A DNA stretch of 63,861 nucleotides, the filler included, from Polymyxa betae A26-41 (lineage: Eukaryota; Protista; Endomyxa: Phytomyxea): the NCBI GenBank assembly GCA_003693705.1. It is 6 parts of 6 records of this genome, joined end to end, with 100 filler letters (N's around TTAATTAATTAA, not from the genome) between each part and the next. Parts side by side here need not be neighbours in the genome. Positions count along the whole stretch, not along the records: positions 1 to 20,721 come from RBZT01000178.1; 5 more parts are not named here. One strand, written 5' to 3'. Positions 1-11,029 of this stretch are shown one piece after another. The notes beneath the pieces are model-generated. The model was not told the DNA's origin. It saw nothing but the letters and a program-made list of their open reading frames with translations, and searched no databases. Every line of letters starts with the position of its first letter. The first letter of the stretch is position 1. The position numbers and the translations under genes were made by a program.

Positions 1-417
1 TTGCATCTCCAATATCCAACAGGCTCCGCCCACTGGAGATGCTCTTACTTGAACCACAGAACCAGTCTCTCGACGTAATCATTTTGATAGAAGATAGCAG
101 ACTCCTTACAAGCCGCTGTTTTGCCAAGCTGTGAGCTTATCTACTGGAAGATGAGGATGAAAGAAGGCGATCATGAACCTAACCTCATGTCTTCATTACT
201 TCCTCTCATGACATAGTTCAAAACTTGAAACCAATACCGTAACTTTTATTACAATTACCTATTTGGTAGGTTAGAAGTATAAATCAAATGTAATGAAGTC
301 CCGTTTTCAAATATCCATATAATGATACAATTGATATATTATCAGAACAACGTGCTAAGATTGTATGCTGAACCTCAGTAATAGAATATACCGAATGATA
401 GTGTTCCTGGTTCATTG

Positions 418-1507
418 TTAGTTGATGGATTCATTCATCTGAATATCTCCAGGTGTAAATCCCGTGCTTTCAACTAATACAGTGTCAACGTTTAAAGCAA
501 ACATGTTGTTCAAAGGATAGATGAGATTCTCTAAAGATGATGGTGTAATGCCACCGAATATAACAATCTGATTGTTGATCAATGTGGCAGTATGTGAAGC
601 TCGTGGTTCAGGTATAGATCCAGCTGTTTGTACTTGATACCAGATCATTGTTGAGATATCCAATGCATAGACATCATTATAAAAATGTCTCCTGCCTGCT
701 GTCCCACCAATAATAAAAAGATATTTGCCCACAATATTGGCAGTATGCCAAGCACGAGGTGTTGGTGGATCACCTTTAAGAGGAACCTTAATCCATATAT
801 TTGTAACTGTGTTGAATACAAATAGATCACCAAGATAATGTGTTAGTCCATAGATACCACCGAAAACAAACATATATGGACCCATAGCATTAGCTGTATG
901 TCCCCTTCTAGGAGCTGGAATTGATCCAGAACATTGAAGAGATGTCCATTTCCAAGCTAAATTCATAAAGCGAATTACTAATAGTATCTATCAGGAAACA
1001 TTGCTTACTTGAATCCAATCTCCAGATATCATTAAACTGATCAACACAGTTCCAACCACCAAATAGATACAAATTATTGTTAACGACAGAACAAGCATGA
1101 TCTCTTCTTGGCGCAGGACGATCAGTCTTTAGGCCCTTGCTTTCTTCGAATGAAATCTCCATAGACCTGGCATCGTATATAATTCCAGCATTACAATATT
1201 GCTGACCATTCCAGCCACCGAATATATAGATAGATTTGCCAATACAAATAGCAGAATGCCCAACACGACCTAAATCTTTGCTTTGTACCTTCCCAGTAGG
1301 TTCAGCAATACAACAGTAAAGAGTATCGGTTTTGATATGGCAGAAGTCAGATTTCTCTTGATCATTACTGAATCCACCAAAGATTACAAGAGCTTCGGCG
1401 ACCAGTGTCGCTGAATGTGACGATCTTGGAGAGATCTGATCACCGGACAGCTCTAATTTATTCCAAAGTAATGGCCTAGAGCCGAATATGACCCCATCTT
1501 CCAACAT
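418..1507 (-). CDS. Kelch-repeat beta-propeller protein, at least 2 exons (intron 957-1008); 3' end uncertain
   Basis: Repeated PxPRxxH...(F/Y)GG...W motifs (PRSSHSA, APRRDHA, APRRGHTA, PRAWHTA, PRASHTA). A 52-nt GTAAG...AG intron joins ORFs 908-1507 and 418-966 in frame (LDST-WKW). Confidence 0.85.
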
Positions 1508-1540
1508 AATAGAAATGACACTATAAGCGCAGTATCACTA

Positions 1541-1663
1541 GGGGGTATCAAAGTTGGCTTCTCGCAAAAAAATTAAAGCGCTTTAATTTTAAAAAAAATC
1601 TGCTTTAATGGCTTGCTTTAATTGGTCGTTTAAAGCGTCGGAATGCGCAAGTTTGATACCCCC
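1541..1663. mobile_element. MITE with GGGGGTATCAAA...TTTGATACCCCC TIRs, flanked by TA
   Basis: 12-bp perfect TIR, TA on both sides, internal palindrome TTAAAGCGCTTTAA. A related copy lies at 37557-38249. Confidence 0.8.
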
Positions 1664-2088
1664 TACTATCAGTCTATCACCCATTTGCCATATTTGCTTG
1701 TAGTATGCTGTAGCCATGCCGTATTCATTTACGCTCAGTAGATATATATTAAGAATCATGAAAGTTAACCAGCTGCATTGGTGGCAACAAAGTTGTGTTT
1801 CTCATTGTTAGAATATCATCATGAGCAAATGCCTGAATGAATTACGTAATAGCAGTCTATTTTGTTGAGCGCACATGTATTTAATTTATAGAATTTTTAC
1901 AGAAGAAGAAGAAGATGATATGATAGTGAGATTGAGATATTGTTGACTGAGTCCATAGAAAGGTCTGTTAATAAAAAGGCGCCAAGTTCAATACTATCGC
2001 AACTGCGTGAGATAATCAACCTGCTTCCTGGACTGGATTCTTCATCATTTCTATACATTTCATCTGCTGCTCTAATTACAACCAAACA

Positions 2089-3030
2089 ATGATATCTTCA
2101 GGCCTTAGCAAGGTCGGCAATATCCTGTCCTCTCCTATACGAGCATTTAGGCAAGTTTCTACTTTACTCTCTCCAACAAAACAAGAGTCCAGTAATGTGG
2201 ATATACCAGAAGAAACAGCTCTCCAGCCTCAAAGGAAACGACGTCGCTCAGGAGAGCAGACTCCCGATAAGAAAATTCGCAAAATTTCGAAAATGCAACC
2301 ATCTTTGAAAAGACCAAGACGAGACGGCGACATTGACGAAAACGAAAATCCTCAAAAGAAAAAGCAGAAAACGGAAACAATATTCAATGAGAAGGATGGA
2401 GGTAAACTCAATGAATTAGAACAGAGAAAGACTGAGCGAGCTCGTTGGTGTCGAGAACAGCTTCATAAGCAATTCGAGAATATTGCTGATATAGTTACAG
2501 CACGAAGTGGATCTGTTGAGAAGACTCATTTCCAACAGCCTAACACAATGATGATGACACCAATTCCATCGAAGAACGAAAACAAATCGGAGACATTGAG
2601 AAGATCGATTCGAAAATCAGCAGCCCGGGCCAACAGGCGTATATCGATGCAATTCGAAGATGTTAAAGCTCGAGTTGCAATCCGCAAACTTCATGAGCAG
2701 ATTAAGATCGAGGAGGCCATTCGAGATCGTGAAGCTGAAATTCTGCAGAAAGAGAAAGAAGACGAAAGTTATCGAGAGCAACGTACTCATTGGCAATCTG
2801 TATTTGGACCACAGATTGCTGGACGTCTTTGTGGAAAATCACCAATCCAAGTGATTAAAGAGTTTTGCCCTGATCTTACTGTCACACAATCCAATCTAAA
2901 AAGATCTCTGCGGAAAGCAATGAGCAGATTTCATCCAGATCACAGTAAGTCATTAGCCACTATTGAGAAACAGATCGAAGCTGAAGAGATATTCAAGGCA
3001 TTGGTAGAGATCAGAGATATTGTATATTGA
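2089..3030 (+). CDS. Protein with basic/low-complexity N-terminus, coiled coil and C-terminal J-domain (DnaJ-like)
   Basis: 313-aa ORF with C-terminal LKRSLRKAMSRFHPDH...AEEIFKAL (HPD motif) and NLS-like KRRR/KKKQK clusters. Upstream exons are possible. Confidence 0.7.
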   Translation: MISSGLSKVGNILSSPIRAFRQVSTLLSPTKQESSNVDIPEETALQPQRKRRRSGEQTPDKKIRKISKMQPSLKRPRRDGDIDENENPQKKKQKTETIFNEKDGGKLNELEQRKTERARWCREQLHKQFENIADIVTARSGSVEKTHFQQPNTMMMTPIPSKNENKSETLRRSIRKSAARANRRISMQFEDVKARVAIRKLHEQIKIEEAIRDREAEILQKEKEDESYREQRTHWQSVFGPQIAGRLCGKSPIQVIKEFCPDLTVTQSNLKRSLRKAMSRFHPDHSKSLATIEKQIEAEEIFKALVEIRDIVY

Positions 3031-3117
3031 ATACAACAATTGCATGTACCTATAGATTTTATCAACAGTCATCTTACTATCTCTGGGCCAATTTGAATTT
3101 CCCGGTTAACGACAACC

Positions 3118-3928
3118 ATGCATAGAATCGTACCAACTGTGTCCCTTGTCGTCATAATACTATTTGAACTTAATCTATGCTTGGGAGCGATAAGAGGCGA
3201 TGGACAATGTGGACCTGGGATTGGCGAGTGCCTGCCCAAATATTGCTGCTCGCAATGGGGTTTGTGAATACGATTAATTAGAAAAATCAGATATGATATA
3301 GGTATGACACAGGTTGGTGTGGAATAACAGAGCCTTATTGTGGAAATCCTATGCCACCATGGTCAACATTTCCAACAACAACAAGGTACATCTTCATATG
3401 TATATACTACTGCTAATCAATAAGGAAATTACGATCAGGTTTGCTATAACAACGCTGATGAATATCAGTGGACATATTGAATCAGGGCATTCAAGTTCAA
3501 TATCTATGAAGGATGCTCCTGGACATACAAAGTCAGACTCAGACACGAACCAGCAGACAGGAATACGTTTGTTCGGTTTTAACGAAGAAGATACTGTACG
3601 AATCCTGGTAGGAGGTGCTGTAGTTATTGGGATAATTGGAACCTGGATATTCTGGAAGATTGGCAAGTATTTTGAGATAGCAAGGGTGAGAAACTTTCAA
3701 GCTTATATGCAGAAAGAATTGAACAAGACGGTTGTGGTTGAGACCATTAACGAACCTAGCGAACGGAGAGAAACAGTAAAAGAAATTGCAGAGTCAAGAA
3801 CAGATAGACAGGCAGGGAAAAGAAAATCCATTACTATTGTGTTAAATGATGTAATTAATCTAACCGATATTGGGGAAGCAGGAGGTTCCAGTAATAACTA
3901 TTTCAAGTCACTAGAATCTCATCTATAA
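3118..3928 (+). CDS. Type I membrane protein with signal peptide and hevein/CBM18 chitin-binding domain (exons 3118-3259, 3313-3385, 3439-3928)
   Basis: Spliced translation MHRIVPTVSLVVIILFELNLCLG...[29 protein letters not shown], then an S/T-rich stalk and TM helix ILVGGAVVIGIIGTWIFW. Two 53-nt GT-AG introns. The ORF track misses this model. Confidence 0.85.
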
Positions 3929-4119
3929 TTAAACAATAGAGTTTGGATCATGATATTCTTCAACCATAATGGCAATACATAACTCGGAATACAAACCAGG
4001 CTATGTATAGAAGTTGAACAAGTTTGATAGTAATGAGGATTGCGTAGTTAGTTCGTTGGTAGTAGTTAGTTAATCACAAGAGTCACCTCTTCAGTATACA
4101 AGTTAGGCTGGGGTTTATA

Positions 4120-5181
4120 ATGTCATCTCTTGATAACCAACAGAGATCTGAGACTGAGACAACAATACCACTGTCAGCCCTTGTCTCTCAAATCAACTCA
4201 AGCCAAGTCTCTGCCCAGAGAGTCGCTGATCATTATGCCCGATCCGGAGCTCTTGATGTATGTAATTATGATCAAGGATATAAGGCACAATTAGTGTTTG
4301 CCTGCTTAACTTGCAGAACGTCTGTCTCACATGGATTCTGTCTGGCATGCTCTATGCACTGCCATGTGGATCACGAGATTGTTGAAACAGGAAAGAAGAG
4401 ACATTTTCGATGTGATTGTGGCACTAATCGACTTCCACATCCATGTCAGTTGACCAAAAAACCACAAGGAATAGTCAATGATGAAAACAGATACAATCAG
4501 AATTTCATGGGACTCTTCTGTCATTGCTCGAAAGCTTATGACCCTGACACAGAGACTAAAGATATGATTATGTGCTGCCGATGTGAGGATTGGTTTCACG
4601 ATCATACTGATTGCATAGGGGAAGCAGCAAGACAGGACCAATCTCAAGGTTTATATCTCTGTGCTAACTGCGTTAAAGAAGCTCCTCTGCTGGTCTCATA
4701 TTATAATCAGATGAAGTCATCAAAATCGATGCCATCTCAAACTCAGCTACCTCATCAAATATCTTGCTCCAAACCTCATTCTTCCAATTCTGTAACGCAT
4801 GGAATATATCTGCCTAGCAATCTTTCTGCAACAATCTGCCGTTGTGATGAATGTCTTCGGGCCATAGCTGACCAGGATGTACAGTTCTTTATAGAGGAAT
4901 TGTCTCCTAGCGATGACGACGATGACGGCGAAATTGCGTCTTCAGAACAAGATTTAAAACCCGAGTTCGATTCCGAATATATATTAGAGCGGGCGCTTTC
5001 CAGATTACCAAGAGAAGTGGCCATTGAAGGAGCACTCAAGTTCCGACAATTCACAGATAATATCATTCTAGGTCTGAAGAAGATAACGGCCAACGATAAG
5101 AACAAAATTATCACAGTGGAGGATGTCAACTCAATATGTGCCAGCGTTCTGGGCAAGCGGCACCGAGACGAGGAGTCGTAG
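4120..5181 (+). CDS. UBR7: UBR7-like E3 ligase (UBR box + PHD finger)
   Basis: CNYDQGY...QLVFACLTC...CLACSMHCHVDH...KRHFRCDCG, NRYNQNFMGLFCHC, MIMCCRCEDWFH. Single exon. Confidence 0.9.
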   Translation: MSSLDNQQRSETETTIPLSALVSQINSSQVSAQRVADHYARSGALDVCNYDQGYKAQLVFACLTCRTSVSHGFCLACSMHCHVDHEIVETGKKRHFRCDCGTNRLPHPCQLTKKPQGIVNDENRYNQNFMGLFCHCSKAYDPDTETKDMIMCCRCEDWFHDHTDCIGEAARQDQSQGLYLCANCVKEAPLLVSYYNQMKSSKSMPSQTQLPHQISCSKPHSSNSVTHGIYLPSNLSATICRCDECLRAIADQDVQFFIEELSPSDDDDDGEIASSEQDLKPEFDSEYILERALSRLPREVAIEGALKFRQFTDNIILGLKKITANDKNKIITVEDVNSICASVLGKRHRDEES

Positions 5182-5202
5182 TTTGATTCACATCATCTTA
5201 CT

Positions 5203-6174
5203 TTATTGAGAGTCCCGACAAAATACTCGTAATATATCTGTTATGCTTATTAAACCCTGTGCACAATGCTGATTACATACAAATATACGGTGGGTATTTG
5301 TTGCAATAATTTTTCCCAACGTATGTTCCAGAGTAGCTTCTGGTGTCACAACAAATACTGGAGCCGAATCTTTCGTACTGATATTAGAACGTATCAAATT
5401 AGATTTAAAATCGCCAACAGATCTGTCCAGAGCATTGTTTAAGGCTTCAGCATTCGGCAATAAAAGCAAATGCTTTGTATCTGACAACGAGTACACCATC
5501 AAAATATGATTATCCTCATCCACCAGCCCTATTGAGCTCACTTGTTTCTGCACCATAATCTTTATGCATGAAAGTAGAGAAGATTCGGCGTCACAAGTTA
5601 CTAAATTATGTTTGCCTTGCAATCCTAACTGAAGAGAAGTTATGCTCTTGCTGATCATTGAACCAAGCTCTGCGCGATGGTTGTACAACACTTTGATTAT
5701 GTCGGATTGTGAAACGACTCCTTTGAAACTGCCAGTTCCATCTGTTACAGGCAAGCGATGTCGGACCCGAGCCTCATTCTTGTTGCCAATAAGCATGCGA
5801 CATACCACATCTAACGTTGTATCTTCGCTGACAGAATCAAATTGACGGTCAGGACTAAGCGCTGCTACTTGACCTGCTGTCGTATCCATGATATTCTGAT
5901 GAGCCAGTAATTTATCCAGCCACGGATCAAGGAAATCGTGCTCTCGTTGTTTTACAATCAGTTGTAAGATATCAATACAATCTAAGAATCCGACAAACGA
6001 ATGATCGGCTTGAGAAAAAACAGGGGCCGATGTGATTGAGGCATTCGCCAGAATTTGACAGGCATTAGACAGAGGCTCAGTAGCAAAAATTATGACAGGC
6101 GTCCTCGGCACGGGTCTGGATGCCATGGCGGAGGCACAGGTGACATTGGCTAAGATGTCGAGAGGCGAAGACAT
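5203..6174 (-). CDS. Four-CBS-domain protein (AMPK-gamma/Sds23-like)
   Basis: ITSAPV, FVGFLDCIDI, HRLPV, GVVSQSDII, VSSIGLVD, THRIFV, GLISITDIL motifs. Confidence 0.85.
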   Translation of the reverse strand: MSSPLDILANVTCASAMASRPVPRTPVIIFATEPLSNACQILANASITSAPVFSQADHSFVGFLDCIDILQLIVKQREHDFLDPWLDKLLAHQNIMDTTAGQVAALSPDRQFDSVSEDTTLDVVCRMLIGNKNEARVRHRLPVTDGTGSFKGVVSQSDIIKVLYNHRAELGSMISKSITSLQLGLQGKHNLVTCDAESSLLSCIKIMVQKQVSSIGLVDEDNHILMVYSLSDTKHLLLLPNAEALNNALDRSVGDFKSNLIRSNISTKDSAPVFVVTPEATLEHTLGKIIATNTHRIFVCNQHCAQGLISITDILRVFCRDSQ

Positions 6175-6396
6175 AACGACGATAGCAGCGGTACGATTGA
6201 ACAGAAAGAAAACAGTGCTGTCCCTAACGACCAGGTAGAGAGATAGTCTGGATCAATGCAAAGCAGGAGAATGTCTTGGTCTGGAGGAGGCCGACCTCTG
6301 AGTCCTCTGTTTACCGATCACTTGTTTCGTTTACGTTACAATCCATCTGTCAGCTCATAATCATGAAGCAGATCTTGTCACACACTAACATCTATC

Positions 6397-7362
6397 ATGA
6401 GCATTTCATATTCTCATCAGTCATATAGAGAGATCAAGCAACAGGCATTAGCCCCTTCTGACACAGCCTTGGAGGATGCACTTGATGCTCTCAGGCATGT
6501 CTGTAATGAACAGCTCCATTTGGCTGGCATTAGGTGGACTGCCGATCTCCAGCTGAGAGAAGCCATTAACAACGTCACGAGGGTCTGTCGTCAAATTGGT
6601 TTCGAACGGGATGTTGCTCGTGAGCAATCTAAGAAATTAAAAGACAAGCTCAATGAATTCGAGAGAAAGGAAAACGATCATTCGAAAAATGCTAGAGAGC
6701 AACAATCAGCTATTGTGCAAGCTATTAAAGTTCGGGCCGAAAAAGAAAGAAAGCAGCTGGATCGCAAATACAAGCTCAAACTCAAGGATGGCGAGCAGAA
6801 AATACTTGAGAATGCTAAAGCTGACTACGTTAAAATGAATCAAGAGTTAGCAGAGAGAATGTCACACCATCTAACGCAAGTAGAATCAGCATATCTGATC
6901 TCATGTCGACAATTTCAGCATCAATTGAAAAATACTTTGGATGGGTTTGAAGTTAGCTATCAGGACATCTCGAAACGGGTCGGTCAGGACAATAATCTGA
7001 TGAAAAAATACCAAAAGATCGTCAAACATCTACAGGAACAACAAAACGAATTGACCATTCAGCTGGAAAGATATCAAGTCAGGTATTTGGAGCTTTTTAC
7101 TAAAGAAGATAGTTGGAATGTATCTCATAGCATTCAGAAGCTTGTTGAGAACTTCCATAAAAAACTACTAGAGATCAATCGCCAAAAACAAGAAAGCCAG
7201 CAGGCTTATGTTGAACAGCACAATCATGAAATAGAAGAGATTAACCGTAAAGTAAAGGATATCATCGAACGTAAAGATAAAAAAATCGCCCAAATGGGAG
7301 AAGCAATCGATGCTTTGAATTCTCAGCTAAACGAGCTCACTACATTGCCAGCTTGTGACTGA
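6397..7362 (+). CDS. Coiled-coil protein, function unknown
   Basis: 321-aa uninterrupted ORF, rich in E/K/Q/L with heptad pattern. Confidence 0.7.
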   Translation: MSISYSHQSYREIKQQALAPSDTALEDALDALRHVCNEQLHLAGIRWTADLQLREAINNVTRVCRQIGFERDVAREQSKKLKDKLNEFERKENDHSKNAREQQSAIVQAIKVRAEKERKQLDRKYKLKLKDGEQKILENAKADYVKMNQELAERMSHHLTQVESAYLISCRQFQHQLKNTLDGFEVSYQDISKRVGQDNNLMKKYQKIVKHLQEQQNELTIQLERYQVRYLELFTKEDSWNVSHSIQKLVENFHKKLLEINRQKQESQQAYVEQHNHEIEEINRKVKDIIERKDKKIAQMGEAIDALNSQLNELTTLPACD

Positions 7363-7402
7363 ATATTTGTCGACAAACGGAATAAAAACTCACATTTATT
7401 GT

Positions 7403-8026
7403 TTATTGCCGACCTATTGTCCACTTGGCAGCCGACCAAATAGTCTGGAGGATAAGCTTCAGGAGGGCTGGATGACGATAGATACTTAATGTGTAAGATG
7501 ACCACCCATACGCTGTGTAAAGGAATGATCCCCAGCCCCAAAACTGGGCTAGCATACCCTTATTTCGAATGTCGCCAAATATGCTGGATAACAAGTACTG
7601 AATAGTTCTGGATGGCATCGACCTTGTCTCGTTCATTTTAGCGACTGATTGAGCTATGAATTCAGCCATGGCCTCAATGATATCGCGATTTTCAATCATT
7701 TCGAAATCGGATTCAAGAGTCGGTTCGGGTGCTTGTTTGACGAAGACCCACTCATGGTTATGGGAAGTATCTTCACCATCTGGCGTCTGACAATTATCCC
7801 TGACTGTATCCAGATCAGCAGCAGACTCTTCAGCGACTTTCACTTGAACTCGCTCCACTGTCGCTAGAAATTCCTCTGAGCTGATATAATTGTGAAGACC
7901 GGCCAGGAGCTGCTGAGACTCCCTGAAAGCTGCTGCCGAAAGCGGATCATGATCTGGGAACTGATCTGGAGAATGAGACGGGCCCTGGTCGCTGTCAGGC
8001 GTGTCCAGGGCCTGGACTTGTATCAT
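7403..8026 (-). CDS. Uncharacterised protein, probably of a conserved family
   Basis: 207-aa ORF. The C-terminal half (FEMIENRDIIEAMAEFIA...WGWGSFLYTAYGW...IYRHP) recalls, from memory only, an uncharacterised family also found in plants. Confidence 0.7.
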   Translation of the reverse strand: MIQVQALDTPDSDQGPSHSPDQFPDHDPLSAAAFRESQQLLAGLHNYISSEEFLATVERVQVKVAEESAADLDTVRDNCQTPDGEDTSHNHEWVFVKQAPEPTLESDFEMIENRDIIEAMAEFIAQSVAKMNETRSMPSRTIQYLLSSIFGDIRNKGMLAQFWGWGSFLYTAYGWSSYTLSIYRHPALLKLILQTIWSAAKWTIGRQ

Positions 8027-8263
8027 GGTGCAGATAGATGGATGTGTCTAGAGACAGGAATAGATACTTGATATGTGACAGTCACTTAAAGGAAAGGGAA
8101 CAGAAAAGGGAATAGTGAAAGTCGGCGACTTAACGCAACTTTTCATCTCCGCAATATGATGATCGTCATTGTCTGCCACGTATTTATCTTGTCTCCGTTT
8201 AGTCTGTGACCATTCCCTACCATTCCCTATCATTAACTACTCCACCTACCAATATATACACAT

Positions 8264-10474
8264 TTATTGCATGTATAATTCTGAACAGGTCTTCGCCCGC
8301 TCATTGGCGATCTGTAATTCTTTTTCCAAAACAGTGACGCGTTTCAAGGCACATTGAAGCCTATCTGAGAACTCACGAACTGTTGATGGAAGTTGGCAAG
8401 AGGGTGAAGATAGTATAGTTAAGACTTCGAGGGCAGATGGCCTTGAAGTTGGATCGGACTGTGATTTTATAGTGAGTAACAGACGACTACATTGTAGTGA
8501 ATGCTTACCGATAATAATGACCTGATCAAATGCACGAGTTTTGGTGAGAATCTTTCTGGTAGCTCTACTTGCCCAAGACGGATCTGATGATATTCAAAAC
8601 CCTTACAATCGGGCAGTAATGAGGAAATGAAAGGCGTCGTTGTTAATGTTCAGTACCTGAGTTGGTAGAGGAATTCCTCGGCTTAGCTCCAACAAAGTAG
8701 CGCCTAGAGCGAACATATCCACACGATCTAACGGGATTATATTTCAAATATAAACAAACTTGATTGATACTTCAGTTACCGAGATGTTTATAATCGTCAT
8801 TCAGTAGCTCATCAGAAAGATACCTGGCATCACCTTCAGAGATGGTTCTTCCGTTATCTGATTTTCATATTAGACAGAGATACAGAAAACGAAATAAAAA
8901 GATAGGGTGACATTGGCCTATTTGGGCACACAGACCAAAATCACTAATCTTGATAAGACCGTGTTCGTTTTCTAACAAATTATCGGGTTTAAGATCCAGA
9001 TGCACTATACCACATCGATGCAATGCGTGCAACCCGATGCAAACCTTGACAGTAGTTGAGTAAGAAATTTGACGATTACAGACAAAACACCTGTCTCGTA
9101 ATCTCAACAAGACGTTCTTCTTGGATCTGTTCACATTTCGGGGTTCCGGGAGTCGAGATATATCTCCTTGATAACGAGCCTTTCCTACAGTATTCGGTTT
9201 GAATGCTGCATTATGAAAATTATTCCTAGGCGAACAGATATAAAGTCAATATGCTTTACTAGATTGACTGGTCGGAAGGATCCACCCATGATGAAAAATA
9301 TCTAAAATGCCAATTGAGCAGATATGTTTATTGAAGGATGGATGGGTGATACCTGATAACGTGCATGCATTCAGGTGCTTGCTGGGTGATGTATGAAAGA
9401 CTAAGATGGATATTAAAAAAACCACGCTTATCTAAAAACCAAAAGACATACCAATGGATTTCTTTTAAAAGCGATAGCAGAGCATTAGTACCAGAAACAC
9501 GAGTTAATACCTATCGGAACGCTATATCAATAATCTTCAATTTAGAGTGCTTTTTGATTAAAGTGACCTACATGCTTTAACTTTTTAACGGCATAAAATG
9601 TTCCATCAATGATTAATCGAGCGCGATATACTTCCCCAAAGGACCCTTTCGAATAAATGAAAATCGGGTGGCCAACATCAAATAAAGGTGAGATACCTTG
9701 ACCAATACTTTCAATACAATCAAATTCGCGAGATAATCTGGAGTCCCCATGGACTGGATGGGCATTTTTTCCAACTTTGTGGATGCTCATCTTTGTGTGA
9801 TCGAAGAATGGGTTTATCGCCGGGAATCGTAGACCTGAATAATAAATGAGTCAGCATCACTAAATCCAGAGACTGAAAAATAAGATGTTAGCAACATATA
9901 GCCCAGAGAGATGATATGAGAAATAAAAACGACTGAAACCTTCTGGGAGTTCCTGTACGATCGTTGAAAATGAATCGAATGCGGTTCTTTTGGCGGGATC
10001 AATACGAGACAGGGTACTGATTCTCTGAAGTGAGATCTGAACAGTAAGTACAAGTCAAATAACACACTGAATGTTCCCAAAAGACCTATTCAACCTGCTC
10101 TTGAAGTTGTTGATCAGTTTTCTGTAGAATTGGTTGATCAGATGGAGTCATATAATCGTCTGAACATTGAGATGTATCTGCATAACCACACGTAAATCAC
10201 CTGAAATGCTGTTTGCAACGAGCATGTAGCATTCACCATAACTTTGACTAAAATCACCATCGTTTTGTTTTCTCATGAATGATAATCGGTCGGAGTAGTT
10301 GGATCGAGATCGGGGAGGATGTGAAGTGCATTGAGCGAAAAGAGATTTCTTGAGGGGGACCTCAAGTGATCCTTGCCTCTTCAATGCATTGACAGATACT
10401 GTTCTGGGGACAGACATTGGCTGACCATCCACATGATCAAGTTCAGTGAGAAGTAGTTTGGGTCTTTTAGACAT
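8264..10474 (-). CDS. WEE1: Wee1/Myt1-family protein kinase, multi-exon
   Basis: Exon pieces give IGQGSFGEVY, YAVKK, HLDLKPDNLL, KISDFGL, EGDARYLS, VDMFALGATLLEL, DPTSRPSA, with several GT-AG introns. EGD.RY is the Wee1-family signature. Confidence 0.85.
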
Positions 10475-10681
10475 TTGTAAAGTAAAGACCCTGAATTCAC
10501 TCTATCCAATCTTCAGTAAATCAACGATTATTCAGACTGCGTACACCATGAACTAATATTTTACTCTAGCTTTATATATCTATAATCTTTCACGATTATT
10601 GTGGTTGTACCTCTCCGATTTCATCCATTCTTAACTACAGGCTCCACAACATCAGTATTGTAACCGGATATCAGACCAAAG

Positions 10682-10921
10682 ATGACCAAGTTGTTGTTGT
10701 TGTGGTTATTAGCTGCAACAGTCGTGGTTCTTCACAGGACAGAGAGCAATATCAAAGCAGCCGTTGATGGTTTCAAAGAGAACCATCGTAGTCATGCCCA
10801 CTCATGGTACCCATTATCTTCATCTGAGCATGATACTTCCATCTCCGATTTTGACAAAGTAAACAAGACCAATACCACAACTATACAGAAGGCATCAAAA
10901 AGTTGTTCTTGCGGCTGTTGA
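10682..10921 (+). CDS. Possible small secreted protein (79 aa)
   Basis: N-terminus MTKLLLLWLLAATVVVL looks like a signal peptide, the ORF ends in CSCGC, and it fills the gap between two genes. Confidence 0.35.
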   Translation: MTKLLLLWLLAATVVVLHRTESNIKAAVDGFKENHRSHAHSWYPLSSSEHDTSISDFDKVNKTNTTTIQKASKSCSCGC

Positions 10922-11029
10922 ATCAAGAGAAAACAAGTTGAACCAAACTCTGGAAAACAATAATGGGAAACAAGCGTGATAGCATAGCACACTGCACAGA
11001 TACTTGTTATTAACAATAAACAGATTAAT

